DNA from: a virus
Taxonomy: Duplodnaviria; Caudoviricetes
Strand: one strand, 5' to 3'
Length of the DNA stretch: 64,000 bases
IMG/VR virus record: IMGVR_UViG_3300044656_000123
Coordinates: 1 to 64,000 of that record
In this document: positions 27,863 to 38,007 of the stretch, in pieces
Position numbering within the stretch: position 1 is the first letter of the stretch
How the letters are laid out: the number at the start of each line of letters is the position of its first letter
The notes under the pieces: generated by a model
The model's input: the letters and a program-made list of their open reading frames with translations, nothing else
Told to the model about the DNA's origin: nothing
Database searches by the model: none
Program-made: the position numbers and the translations under genes

Positions 27863-29623
27863 CTATTGCACAAGCCCGGAAGGGACTTTAAGCGTAGGCA
27901 GGGCATACTTTACGATAGCGGAGCCATTCTTGCGCGAAGGGGGCTTCTTTGCACTCTGTATCGCATCTTCGTCAAGCATGTACTTCAGGCTTTTCTGCAC
28001 AGCCTCTTTGTCGATCTTTGTGTCCCGGCTAATGTCAGAAAGTGTAACCCATCTTCCTGCTTTGCTCTGGCGCTGAATATAGGTGTATACACGGTCCTCA
28101 GAGATTTTCTTGAGTGTTGGAGGCGGCGCAAAACAAAACTGATAGAAACTATGCATACTCGGACGCCATAGCGTCTCTGCAATCTCTACAGCCGCGTGGA
28201 CGTGGCAAAGCTGGATCTTGTTGCACGCGTCGTAGTGAGCCAGCATAGCGGCGCAACGCAGTATCTTGACCGTCAGACGGTTGTAGTTTGGCGCAATCTC
28301 AGGCGGCACAAGGCTTACCTTGCGGCTCAGCCTGATTATTTCCGCGCTGTATGCGTCAAGATAGTCTGAAGCTTCCTCAGTCAGTTCAATGGCCTTTTCA
28401 GGATAAGGCTCAGGAGCAAGCTTGTATTTCTTGCTGCCTTTTGTCTCAGTCTCTTTCGCCTTGTCTTTCTTGACGATGTTGACACGCGGTATGTTCAGGC
28501 GTTCGTGATAGCTCTTTAACCCGTCGTAGAGGTCGCTAGGTATAAAGATGTTGCCTTTGATACGAACTATCTCTTCATCCTCTGGTGGAGCAGGCGCAAC
28601 ACAAAGCACCATTCTGGCAAAAAAGCCATTGTCGAAGCCATCTAACACGCTTTGCATCTTTTTGACACTGCTAAACGTCAGACAGCCAAGCCAGCTAAGG
28701 TAAGGGTTTTCAATGGTAAAGCTGCCATTGGTGATGCTGCTGTGTCCATCGGTGAGGCGGCTATCTTCCCATTCCAGTAAAATTTTAGGCCATTGACCCA
28801 TCACAGACGTAGGATTAAACCACGTCTTGAATAACTGGCCTATTTCGTCAATGTACATACCAACTTTGCCGGACCATGCTAGCTTGAAGAGCTTCTTGCT
28901 CTGCTCTTCATACTCCATATCATCCCATTCGTCAGGGATATAGCCAGCCGCTTCGCGCTTAAACCATTCCGGTGTGCCTTCGTGCATCAAGAGATGTTTT
29001 AAGCCAAGCTTTTCCAGCACATAGAGCGCCTTCTTTGCACTGGCAGACTTACCGACTGACGACGGGCCAGCAAAGAGGAAGTACAGAGCCGTGTACTCCG
29101 GCTCACCAATGTTCGTGATCACCAAGCGCCTAGCCGTAATTACAGACAATAAAAAAAGCGCGGCGTTGACGTGGTAAACGCGTGGCGCAAACGGACACCA
29201 GCGCTCACTGAAAGGCACGTAGGACAGTAAGTAACTCATACCTTCTGTCGCAAGGTCATGATTAGGGCGTACTCTCTCCGGTATGGCAGGCATTTCATCA
29301 GGTTTTATCTCAATAGGCGGAAGATCGTCTAGGCTTCCGTAGTCCATCAGGATCTTAAAAGCCTCATCTTGGCCTCTGACAAAGGCTATCATGTCCTCTA
29401 CGCCTGCTTGCGCCGAAGGGATAGAGCCGCCTTCACAGAACGCCGCATCGCAATACACTTCGCCTATTTTGTAGGCTGTGTCTGCCCATTGCCCTAATTC
29501 TTCTTTGTCAGGGAATATTACGGAATCTGTAAATTCCCCGGCGCGGAGCTTATCAATAAAGCTCCGCGCCACCTGCGCCTGCGGTGTGATGATAGTGCTG
29601 ATTGAATCTGATGCGATACTCAT
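27863..29623 (-). CDS. DUF3987/YfjI-like P-loop ATPase (replication helicase-like) with C-terminal winged helix
   Basis: AGPSSVGKS Walker A; YIDE Walker B; NGFFARM; VTLSDISR. Confidence 0.75.
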   Translation of the reverse strand: MSIASDSISTIITPQAQVARSFIDKLRAGEFTDSVIFPDKEELGQWADTAYKIGEVYCDAAFCEGGSIPSAQAGVEDMIAFVRGQDEAFKILMDYGSLDDLPPIEIKPDEMPAIPERVRPNHDLATEGMSYLLSYVPFSERWCPFAPRVYHVNAALFLLSVITARRLVITNIGEPEYTALYFLFAGPSSVGKSASAKKALYVLEKLGLKHLLMHEGTPEWFKREAAGYIPDEWDDMEYEEQSKKLFKLAWSGKVGMYIDEIGQLFKTWFNPTSVMGQWPKILLEWEDSRLTDGHSSITNGSFTIENPYLSWLGCLTFSSVKKMQSVLDGFDNGFFARMVLCVAPAPPEDEEIVRIKGNIFIPSDLYDGLKSYHERLNIPRVNIVKKDKAKETETKGSKKYKLAPEPYPEKAIELTEEASDYLDAYSAEIIRLSRKVSLVPPEIAPNYNRLTVKILRCAAMLAHYDACNKIQLCHVHAAVEIAETLWRPSMHSFYQFCFAPPPTLKKISEDRVYTYIQRQSKAGRWVTLSDISRDTKIDKEAVQKSLKYMLDEDAIQSAKKPPSRKNGSAIVKYALPTLKVPSGLVQ

Positions 29624-32013
29624 GCTTTAACTGCCTTTCGAGAGCGTGTTTTCTTTGTTTCTAGCAAGCTGCGCATAGCCTTGATTGCCAACTCTTCTAA
29701 GCCCTTATCGCTTGTAAACTCTATCCCTTCAACCCGCTCACCATACTGCAACTGTGCTATATTGATTAGTTTTTGTTCTATAAGTGCATCTATTTTTATG
29801 TCAATATCACTGATTGACTCCGGCAATTGAGGCCAGTAAATAACGCACTCGTTTTTACTGCCTATCCTGTGTATGCGATCTTCCGCCTGATCATTGTCCC
29901 CAGGCGTCCAGAATCTATCGTTCAGGATCAAGTATGAGGCCGCAGTCAGTGTAATGGCCTCTTTTGCCGCAGCCATCCCAATGATGACCTTAAGTTTTCC
30001 GTTTTCTGACTGAAAATCATCTACGGCGCTGTCCCGATCTTCCTGCGCCACATCACCGTTAATAATGAAGCAAATGCCTTGTTCGCCGCGCTCTTTTTCA
30101 ATGTTTTCTTTCAGCCAGTCAGCCGTATCTTTAAAATTGGTAAACAAAACTATCTTTTCGCCATTATCTAGCAGTTGCAACGACTGAGCAAGTGTTTGCT
30201 CTGCTTTGGCTATTGCTGCCGCATGACGAAAACGCATGTATGCATTTAAAGCTTCTGCACTGCGCATACGCTCTTCAGCGTCGTACAGTTCAGCATCTAT
30301 AGAGCGCGGTGTTTTACTCTTAGCATCGAAGTATTGCTTGATGTTGCTAGGTACTTCAATGTTTTTCTCGCCCCGGTTACGCGCTTCAATAGCTTCTCTG
30401 AGTGCCTTAAGCTTTGCTTGTACATTTGCTTCAAAGCGTTGGCGCAATTCTTCGATTTTAGCATGAAACAGCTTTTCAGCTTCCGGTGAAATCTCAGCTT
30501 CAACCATGATTCTGCGCTTCTCAGGCAGATCGAGGCAGTCTTTTTTACGTCGGGTGATGATACAGGACCATGCATGATTGCGCTCACGATCCGGTTTGTA
30601 CTGCGTCATGAGGTTCAAGGCTTCTAAGTTGGTCGCCCCGTCCGTTTTCCAGACGCGCTTAGCGCGTGCGCCCCGGCCATAGACCTCTTCGTGCGCACCG
30701 CAGTAATTACGCTGAAACTCGAAGCTCTTACGGTGTATCGCTTCAGGTAAAAGCATGCCTTCTTCAGCACTCTTTTTCTTCCAGATCAAAGGATAGTCCG
30801 GCGTCCAGTCCTCGCCTAACGGGAACACAAGCGGGTGCTTGACAGCCAACAACAACGGATACAAGTTAATCGGGCGTCCGTTCTTTGCTATGGTGCCAGT
30901 CATGGCAAAGAGGGCCTTGCAGTTAGGGTGCCATGACAGAGAGATGAAATTCTTGCTCTGCTGACTCGACATGTACCCGGCGTAATGTGCTTCATCTCCG
31001 ATTAAGACAAACGGTGAATACGGGTGTTCATTCGTTGCAATCGGCATGCCGCGCCATGTTGTACATTCAATGCTACAGCCGAGCATGGCCGCAGCCCGGT
31101 TAAACCCGGTCATATTGCTCTTCGTGGTGATAACAATAATGTTCCAGCCGTAGTAATCTTGCAGCTTTTTCGCTGCAATAAGAGCCTCAAAAGTTTTACC
31201 GAGGCCCATTTGATCGCCGCATATAACACGGCGTTTTTCGACAAAGTACCGTATTGCAATCTTTTGATGCGCAAACAAGGTCATGCCGTTTGGTAATGGC
31301 GCATCTAAGTCACCGACAATCTGAGCAAGAGACTGCTCCTTGCGTTGTTGCGCGGCCTGCTCCTGCATCTGCTGTTCGTGCTCTAACTCTAAAACCTCAC
31401 GGTAGTACTCTGAGGCGGCAGGCGTCATTTGTAGTTGAGGTAAGTACTCCATGATCAACTGGAATGTTTTGACAGACTTGGGGAATGTCCACCAGCATTT
31501 TAAGCCGTAACGCACCTCTTCTTTGGTGTACGTGGCCCAGGCAAGGTTAGAGGTGCGTGCAAAAGGCCCGGTGTACTCTTTGTAGCGTGCTGAGTTTGTC
31601 TTTTCTCGGTACGCCTCTTTAAGTTGTTTCATACGCAGTGGTGCGTCAGTCTTTGGATCGTAGATGAAGTGGAACTTAATATGCCCTAGTTCAATATCAA
31701 TGATGTTCTTGTCTGGTACTACGTTGGAGCTATTTTTAATTTCTTCGCGTGTCGGCAAGGTAAAGCCGTTGGGTCCTAACTGTGTATCCTTGTAAAAGTT
31801 CAGGATATTAAGCAGCGCATTCATTTGCGGGACGGTCATGGCTCTGCTGTAGGCGTATTTTTCACGCATATCATTCAAGAAGCCCATATTTGCATGGCCC
31901 CCTTTAAAGCCTACACCGTCTCGGCTAACTGCGCCATCACAGTGACCGGACAAAAACATCAGTGCATCTACCAATTTTCTTTGTGCCTCACAGATTGTTG
32001 CTGCATTGACCAT
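29620..32013 (-). CDS. SNF2-family helicase
   Basis: DQMGLGKT, DEAH, MTGT, WTPG..DQAEDRIHRIG; start at MVNAA with GGAG RBS. Confidence 0.9.
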   Translation of the reverse strand: MVNAATICEAQRKLVDALMFLSGHCDGAVSRDGVGFKGGHANMGFLNDMREKYAYSRAMTVPQMNALLNILNFYKDTQLGPNGFTLPTREEIKNSSNVVPDKNIIDIELGHIKFHFIYDPKTDAPLRMKQLKEAYREKTNSARYKEYTGPFARTSNLAWATYTKEEVRYGLKCWWTFPKSVKTFQLIMEYLPQLQMTPAASEYYREVLELEHEQQMQEQAAQQRKEQSLAQIVGDLDAPLPNGMTLFAHQKIAIRYFVEKRRVICGDQMGLGKTFEALIAAKKLQDYYGWNIIVITTKSNMTGFNRAAAMLGCSIECTTWRGMPIATNEHPYSPFVLIGDEAHYAGYMSSQQSKNFISLSWHPNCKALFAMTGTIAKNGRPINLYPLLLAVKHPLVFPLGEDWTPDYPLIWKKKSAEEGMLLPEAIHRKSFEFQRNYCGAHEEVYGRGARAKRVWKTDGATNLEALNLMTQYKPDRERNHAWSCIITRRKKDCLDLPEKRRIMVEAEISPEAEKLFHAKIEELRQRFEANVQAKLKALREAIEARNRGEKNIEVPSNIKQYFDAKSKTPRSIDAELYDAEERMRSAEALNAYMRFRHAAAIAKAEQTLAQSLQLLDNGEKIVLFTNFKDTADWLKENIEKERGEQGICFIINGDVAQEDRDSAVDDFQSENGKLKVIIGMAAAKEAITLTAASYLILNDRFWTPGDNDQAEDRIHRIGSKNECVIYWPQLPESISDIDIKIDALIEQKLINIAQLQYGERVEGIEFTSDKGLEELAIKAMRSLLETKKTRSRKAVKA

Positions 32014-32056
32014 TTTGTATTCTCCTACTCTTATTGCAACAGAAAATCCTAATAAG

Positions 32057-32085
32057 AGTGTAACAGAAACATTACAAAATGTCAA
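32057..32085 (-). promoter_or_regulatory. Class 2 promoter for the helicase operon
   Basis: TTGACA TTTTGTAATGTTTCTGT TACACT. Confidence 0.75.
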
Positions 32086-32105
32086 TAAGTTGGAGCGCGA
32101 ATTTA

Positions 32106-32534
32106 TTACAATTCGTCAAGAGCCAGGAAAATTTGTTTAACATCGTGGTAGTAATAGCGGCTATATTCCTGTAGTGTTTCGATCAGAAAGAATTTGACCC
32201 GTGATACAATGTTATCCTTAACAACGTCGGGCCAGTACTTTTGCACCCGTTTATAAGTAAAAAATCTGCATTTATTTAAGTCAGAGGCGTCGGCTGTCAA
32301 GGCCCATTGCATATAATCCTGATAAGCTTCTTCGTCAAGTTCATGAACTACGACGTAGCGGCTTAGTATCGCTTCTCTTAGTGCAGTATTGCGCATATTT
32401 TTAATATATTCATCAAGAGCAAGGATAGTGCCTCTTTGCTTGATATCAGCCATAAACTCTTGACCACTGTGATAATAGTCTCTCAATTGTTGCTCTCCAA
32501 GCCGGAAGAATGTATTTATTGTAACGAGCGGCAA
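32106..32534 (-). CDS. Hypothetical protein
   Basis: 142-aa ORF; start uncertain. Confidence 0.5.
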   Translation of the reverse strand: MPLVTINTFFRLGEQQLRDYYHSGQEFMADIKQRGTILALDEYIKNMRNTALREAILSRYVVVHELDEEAYQDYMQWALTADASDLNKCRFFTYKRVQKYWPDVVKDNIVSRVKFFLIETLQEYSRYYYHDVKQIFLALDEL

Positions 32535-32573
32535 CGAATTTTGATGTGTTTTTAAAAATTCATCCTAAAAGTG

Positions 32574-32602
32574 TTGACAACTGTAATGTTTTCGTGTAAG
32601 AT
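32574..32602 (+). promoter_or_regulatory. Class 2 promoter
   Basis: TTGACA ACTGTAATGTTTTCGTG TAAGAT. Confidence 0.7.
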
Positions 32603-32628
32603 TGTCAATGTAATCACGAAGCAAGGAG

Positions 32629-33075
32629 ATGGCGCGAATGTTCTTCGATAAAAGCGATTTAGAGATGACCGCTCTGGACATCTATCAGCTTGAAGGCAAG
32701 GACCGCAAAATCGCTGAGCTACCTTGCGTCGAAATTAGTGACGACACCGTTGAGGTGGGATCACAGCAAAACATCATGCAGAGGTACAAAGTTTTGCATG
32801 ATGGCACAAAGCCGATTATGTGTGAATGTACATGGTCCAGTTATCACCCGAAAGAATACATTACCCCTGAAGGCACAAAAATCATGGGTAACGAGTGCAA
32901 GAGTCATTTCAAGCGGGTGCAATGGGCTATCGACAAACGCACAGCGCGGCTAGCTGCCGAGAAGCAAAGTAAGGTAGCGGTAAGCGTTGAAGTAAAGGCC
33001 AGTGTAGAAGTAAAACCTGCTGAGCGTAAGCGTGAACATTCACCGCTTCACGTAAAGCCATTTAGTTTGACCTAA
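32629..33075 (+). CDS. SWIM-type zinc finger protein
   Basis: YKV...CECT...CKSH. Confidence 0.55.
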   Translation: MARMFFDKSDLEMTALDIYQLEGKDRKIAELPCVEISDDTVEVGSQQNIMQRYKVLHDGTKPIMCECTWSSYHPKEYITPEGTKIMGNECKSHFKRVQWAIDKRTARLAAEKQSKVAVSVEVKASVEVKPAERKREHSPLHVKPFSLT

Positions 33076-33120
33076 TTTGACACATTTTGACACAACAAGA
33101 CACAAAAGGAGTTTAAAACT

Positions 33121-34605
33121 ATGTTATTCGATGATTCAACCCTTGACATGCTTGGTATCCCTGAACTTGACGATGCTGCTACTGAGGAATCATCAGACTT
33201 CCTTACAGGCGGCATGGAGATACAGTATCCGCAACTTGTTTGGTTCTCTGGCTTAGCTGGCAAAAATCCCATTGTAGAGAAGGCCGGGGCTAATGAGTGG
33301 GCCGAGACTGATCAACAGGCTATCGGTGCATGGATCGAAGTTTCTAAAACACCGGAGAAGCTTCAGGAAATCGCCGCTAAGCTTGCCGAGAAAGGCGTTG
33401 TGAAGTTCGCGCATATCCAGCATGACGACGGGAAAGTCAAAGAATATTGGGCCATTAATGACCCGAAGTACCTTGTGTTGGCGCATGGCATACCTAGCCA
33501 GTGGCAGGTTATGCACTTCGACAAGACCGAAGCCAAATGGGTGCATAACACCGAGAAGGAATTAGGCATCGCACGCGGCACCATGACCATCGAGCACAAA
33601 GACATCAACAAGCAGTCAACGTACAACTTCATCTCTTGCCTTGTGATTGTCAAGCAACTCGCTGACTTGTACGTTGACGAAGATGGCAACCCGTTGCCTC
33701 TGTTGATGAGCTTCAAGAGCTTGAACGTGCGCGTCGTCCACGATGCCTTGACTGCGCATTACGGCTTCATTGCCGATCAACGCAAATGGTATGCTGGCGA
33801 ACTGTTGGAAAACAAGGCTTTCAAGGCCCGCTACAAAGGCAAGAAGGAAGAGGAGCTTAAGCGTATCGCTTCCGCTATAGCGAATCGTCACTGTCAATTC
33901 TGGTCTTACTACCTGCCTCTGGACAGAAGCAAGGTCCGTAAGGAGCACAAGGCTGGCGCGAACAATCAGAATGGCGGAAGCCAGAAAGTGTATGAGCCGG
34001 AAAACAAGGCGGCTGCTACGCTTCTCTACAACAACCGTCCTAGCGCTGAAGAGGCTTTGTACTGCGGTGATGCGCTCTATGTCAAGGTCCGAAACTATGT
34101 GCTTGACACAAGCGTACAACCACCAGCACCGGGCGGCATGGCTATTGATTATTGCCGGGAACGCGTTGCACGCGCCGTTGAAAATCAGAATACTCTGAAC
34201 AAATACGGCAACAACGAGTTCGGCTCTAAGAAAACCCGTCCTGATTGGATGGCTCAGCAATCTTCAAGAGCTTCGCATGGCATTGTTGAGGACGAAACTG
34301 GTATACCGGAGTCACTTCGCTCTAACCCGACGCCTGCCGCACCTAACGCCCAGGCCCGGACACAGCTAAAACTACGCATGGGGAAGATCGAGCACCTACA
34401 CAAGATCTTTGAGGCGAACGCCTGTGAGGAAGGCTTTATCATCCTGCCTGAGCTTAACGAAGCTCTTGAGGAAGTTGGTCTTTCTGACACCCGTAAGGCT
34501 GAGATGGCACAGAACGCGCTTAACGCAGGTAACGCTGTGCTAGCAAGGCTGAAAGAAGAATTACAGGACGCATTTGTTGATGTAGAAGCACCGCGCCGCT
34601 TCTAG
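33121..34605 (+). CDS. Large hypothetical protein (possible ssDNA-binding/recombination protein, by context only)
   Basis: 494 aa, AGGAG RBS, adjacent to the replication module; no recognised motif. Confidence 0.6.
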   Translation: MLFDDSTLDMLGIPELDDAATEESSDFLTGGMEIQYPQLVWFSGLAGKNPIVEKAGANEWAETDQQAIGAWIEVSKTPEKLQEIAAKLAEKGVVKFAHIQHDDGKVKEYWAINDPKYLVLAHGIPSQWQVMHFDKTEAKWVHNTEKELGIARGTMTIEHKDINKQSTYNFISCLVIVKQLADLYVDEDGNPLPLLMSFKSLNVRVVHDALTAHYGFIADQRKWYAGELLENKAFKARYKGKKEEELKRIASAIANRHCQFWSYYLPLDRSKVRKEHKAGANNQNGGSQKVYEPENKAAATLLYNNRPSAEEALYCGDALYVKVRNYVLDTSVQPPAPGGMAIDYCRERVARAVENQNTLNKYGNNEFGSKKTRPDWMAQQSSRASHGIVEDETGIPESLRSNPTPAAPNAQARTQLKLRMGKIEHLHKIFEANACEEGFIILPELNEALEEVGLSDTRKAEMAQNALNAGNAVLARLKEELQDAFVDVEAPRRF

Positions 34606-34616
34606 TTCAGCACAGT

Positions 34617-34650
34617 CAACATGGCGTAACAAATTTGTTACGCCATGTTG
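34617..34650. terminator. Perfect 34-bp palindrome
   Basis: CAACATGGCGTAACAAA|TTTGTTACGCCATGTTG. Confidence 0.65.
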
Positions 34651-34665
34651 TTGCATTAAGGAGAG

Positions 34666-35226
34666 ATGCACATGAGAGGCCCGAACGAACTTGACAACCC
34701 TGATTTTGACGAAGAATTGCGCAAAGGGGATGAGGTATACTTTGCAAGAGAGGATGAAGAGGACCCGAAAGGTACAATAATAGGCAGTATACCATATGAA
34801 GTATTCAACATAGGTTCAAGCAAAACCGATTTTGACTATATATTACGTTCACCGTCCGGCGAAATGCTCCGCGTCAAGACTGCCTATGTACGCGATATTG
34901 ACGGTAAAACTTGCCTGATCAATGCAGAGATTTTGACTAAGGACACTACAGAGCTTTCCTTGCCGGAAATGTACGAGGACTATGAATTGCTAGGTACTGA
35001 AGAATCCCGGCAAGGTCAGTACGTTGTCATCAATCTTCCAGACGGTGAAGGCACCCGCATGAAAAAGCTGCCTATCGCTTTGTGGGGGCATTATATGGTC
35101 AAGTCTTACACTGATTTGCGCGTTGTGTCAACGCGAACTACCGTCTTGCCTATGGTCTGCTTGTCGAAGCAGCTAGAGCCGCAACGTGTAACGCCTGAAA
35201 TGTTTGTAGATTGGGCAATGATATAA
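34666..35226 (+). CDS. Hypothetical protein
   Basis: AAGGAG RBS. Confidence 0.6.
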   Translation: MHMRGPNELDNPDFDEELRKGDEVYFAREDEEDPKGTIIGSIPYEVFNIGSSKTDFDYILRSPSGEMLRVKTAYVRDIDGKTCLINAEILTKDTTELSLPEMYEDYELLGTEESRQGQYVVINLPDGEGTRMKKLPIALWGHYMVKSYTDLRVVSTRTTVLPMVCLSKQLEPQRVTPEMFVDWAMI

Positions 35227-35494
35227 CAAAGTAGCCGGGAGATTCCCGGCTACGTTCTTTTAGGGTAGTAAATCGGTGTCATTTTGCCGCGAACACCTTT
35301 TGCCATTTTAAACAGTTTGCGCTCTAGTTGTTTCTGTCGTTGCAGATAAGGTATAAGGTGAAATTCATCCATCTCTACATCCTCATGCGCTATCTGCATT
35401 AAGCCTGTATAGTCTCTCACATCGGGTTCTAGCTCTGCCCGTTTAAGCAAATTGCCTTCGCTGTCAACAATGTCAACGTAGGCAATTTGTGTTG

Positions 35495-36022
35495 TTATGA
35501 CTGGCTTTTCTTTGTTCGCGGCCTTCCTACGGGATTTTTTGGCCCGATTTGGCGTGTTCGTGGCCTGCCTACGGGTCTTTTCTCCTGCGCCTTCTTTCTT
35601 TTGTCGTAGTCCCATCGCAGCAACTTCACTTTCAAGACATCAGATAACCATATATAGCTCGTTCGCTTCACAGTATACCCTAGTATATCGTGCATGGTAT
35701 CCTCTGGTATCCAGTCAAATTTACCGAGGCCCTTTTGCAATCGCACCGTTTTGTCAGTGTAGTTCGGTATAAATCCGTTTGCTGACGGCGGTGTGCATTC
35801 ATACCTTAATCGAAGGTTATGTATTCGGGCTGCTTGGTCGGTAGTAACATAGCCATACTTGTCGCTTACGCTGCCATATGGTACGATCTGCCTAAACTCA
35901 TCTATAAATTCGCTGTCGCTCATCGGGTTTTCTGCGTTCTGTCGAAAACCGTTGTGCGTGTGCATGATAGTCAAAATTTGCTCATCGCTTAACCGATGAT
36001 TCTCTACGGTAGCTGTAGTCAT
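35495..36022 (-). CDS. DNA-binding protein with two C-terminal AT-hooks
   Basis: VGRPRT twice; YVTTDQAARI HTH-like segment. Confidence 0.65.
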   Translation of the reverse strand: MTTATVENHRLSDEQILTIMHTHNGFRQNAENPMSDSEFIDEFRQIVPYGSVSDKYGYVTTDQAARIHNLRLRYECTPPSANGFIPNYTDKTVRLQKGLGKFDWIPEDTMHDILGYTVKRTSYIWLSDVLKVKLLRWDYDKRKKAQEKRPVGRPRTRQIGPKNPVGRPRTKKSQS

Positions 36023-36105
36023 GGTTTTGCACTCCTTTCAGGGGTATGTTTTACTATAACATATCTTTAAGCTTATGTCAAACCAATTTTTGATGAATTT
36101 CATGC

Positions 36106-36381
36106 ATGCAACGAGCGAGAAAGGACAAAAACATATACAACTTACTCTTGTGCCTCCAACTTCACCCCGGCATCATACTTATACATTACTTGCAAGAAGG
36201 TATCTTCTACCAGCTAGGCCGCTTCAGCGAAAAACAAGCAGACGATCTACTAGCCCACTACGAAAAATATGGTGAACTTACGCTGTGCCAGGGTGATCTG
36301 TACTCAGGATTCTACTTTTACGATCACCGTATCGAGAAATTGACTGAGCAAAAAGCTATTAAGCGCATCAAGACCCTGTAA
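36106..36381 (+). CDS. Hypothetical protein
   Basis: 91-aa ORF. Confidence 0.45.
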   Translation: MQRARKDKNIYNLLLCLQLHPGIILIHYLQEGIFYQLGRFSEKQADDLLAHYEKYGELTLCQGDLYSGFYFYDHRIEKLTEQKAIKRIKTL

Positions 36382-36422
36382 TTGACAAATACTATTACAA
36401 ATGTTAAACTAGGAGCAATATT

Positions 36423-36824
36423 GTGGACAATACTAATTGGCGTCCAGCCCCGAACACGCGAGAAAACATCAAGACTCTTGCCGACGAACTAAATAAGGTC
36501 TACAACGGATTTGACGGGAGCATAGGCAGGATCTTAGATCGAAAATACCATGACCGTGACGCCTACGCCGCAATACGTAACTATAGGCGTCAAATGCTCG
36601 ACTTGATTGAACGCATTGACTTCATGATGATGATACAACAAGGTCTAGAGCACAAGGATTTTACTGAACTTGTATTATCAGGGATGCTCAGAGCAGGCGA
36701 CGTACTGACATCATTGGATTTTTTGTCAGAAATAGAGCATAGCGATGCAATAAGGCAAATCGAAAGAAAGGCGAGTAACCATGAGTCTAGGCGACGTAAT
36801 GACAGTGGGCAACCTCTTAATTGA
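36423..36824 (+). CDS. Hypothetical protein
   Basis: Promoter TTGACA-17-TAAACT at 36382-36410; GGAG RBS. Confidence 0.6.
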   Translation: MDNTNWRPAPNTRENIKTLADELNKVYNGFDGSIGRILDRKYHDRDAYAAIRNYRRQMLDLIERIDFMMMIQQGLEHKDFTELVLSGMLRAGDVLTSLDFLSEIEHSDAIRQIERKASNHESRRRNDSGQPLN

Positions 36825-37236
36825 GTTTGGCTTAGCAGTACTAGCTGTAAGGGGCATCAATACACAGCAAAATCACGGTGAGCGCATCAGAATTTTTGAA
36901 ATCATGCAGGAGCGCGGCGCATTGATGACAACTGAGCAAATCATGTCTCTGCCTCCGCATGTACAAGAGCAGTTGGCTATTGAAATCGAAGAGAGGATCG
37001 AAGTAGCCTACAGAGACGCACAGCGCTACAACCAGCAAAAAGCTCTGCCTGCCCCGAAGCAAGCAGCAAAGAAACGCAATGTTTCATACGCCCCGCGTGG
37101 TCATGTAGCAACAGTAAAAAGTGCTACAAACAGCTATAACCCGGAAGATGAGGCGTATGATGATGAAGATGGAGCCGTGACCATACGGCGTAGTAATAGC
37201 CCTAAAAGGCGAATGAGCCGGGAAGAAGAATGGTAA
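36781..37236 (+). CDS. Hypothetical protein with N-terminal hydrophobic segment
   Basis: ORF in operon. Confidence 0.55.
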   Translation: MSLGDVMTVGNLLIEFGLAVLAVRGINTQQNHGERIRIFEIMQERGALMTTEQIMSLPPHVQEQLAIEIEERIEVAYRDAQRYNQQKALPAPKQAAKKRNVSYAPRGHVATVKSATNSYNPEDEAYDDEDGAVTIRRSNSPKRRMSREEEW

Positions 37237-37237
37237 C

Positions 37238-37675
37238 ATGCACGATTTTTCTAAGCGAAAGCTTCTAGCTTTCATAGTTCTTGCGATGAGCGTGTACACG
37301 CTCATCCTTTTTATTACTGTAAAGTATTTAGAGTATCAAACGGCGCACCCTGAAACGTTGATAGTTACAGTAGTCGTCACGCCAACAACGCCCACGCCAC
37401 GATACTACGAGCCGACACCTACACCTTCTAGCAATCCGCCTGTACCGCATCACAACAAGCCACAACAAGGCGGCTACACTGGTACTGTGACAGAGCCTTA
37501 CGTTGCTCCTGTTGTGCCTGTACATTACGTTGTCAGGACTACAGTAAAGCCGACGATTGCATTAAAGCCACATCACTACGTTCATCGTAGTAGGCACCAT
37601 CACAGGCGTCACTACGAGCATCGTAGCAGGCACCATCACAGAAAACATCACAAAATTAGGCTTGACAAATGCTAA
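37238..37675 (+). CDS. Membrane-anchored Pro/Thr-rich protein with His/Arg-rich tail
   Basis: N-terminal TM; HRSRHHHR repeated twice. Confidence 0.6.
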   Translation: MHDFSKRKLLAFIVLAMSVYTLILFITVKYLEYQTAHPETLIVTVVVTPTTPTPRYYEPTPTPSSNPPVPHHNKPQQGGYTGTVTEPYVAPVVPVHYVVRTTVKPTIALKPHHYVHRSRHHHRRHYEHRSRHHHRKHHKIRLDKC

Positions 37676-37758
37676 TTAGCATATTATAATAGATCCTAGT
37701 AAGAGCGTTGACGGTCCCCAACGATTCCATAGCCGGACGCTTTTACTAGGATCTTTTT
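37662..37758 (+). promoter_or_regulatory. Perfect promoter followed immediately by an 18-bp hairpin and T-run (leader/attenuator or tiny sRNA)
   Basis: TTGACA-17-TATAAT at 37662-37690; AGATCCTAGTAAGAGCGT/ACGCTTTTACTAGGATCT. Confidence 0.6.
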
Positions 37759-37775
37759 AGTAAGGAGAACAAACC

Positions 37776-38000
37776 ATGAAACCATACATTATTACTTTTT
37801 CCTTAATCGTTATTGTTGCCGCGCTGATGGCATGTTCCGGCTCTGGCTACACATCGTCTTATCATAGTAGCTACAGCTACCCGGTGAACTACGGCTATAG
37901 CTGTGTACACAGCAAGAAAGTAAAAATTAGCACAAAGTATCACCCGGTCTACGGTCTACAGACAAAGAAAACCGTAAAACACCAAACTACCTGCTACTAG
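37776..38000 (+). CDS. Small lipoprotein
   Basis: Signal peptide with lipobox LMAC. Confidence 0.65.
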   Translation: MKPYIITFSLIVIVAALMACSGSGYTSSYHSSYSYPVNYGYSCVHSKKVKISTKYHPVYGLQTKKTVKHQTTCY

Positions 38001-38007
38001 GAGAGCC

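Noticed and set aside
27149-27906. Several ORFs across the inverted-repeat region
   Set aside because: Low-complexity translations of the origin-like repeats; their mutual similarity just reflects the DNA symmetry.
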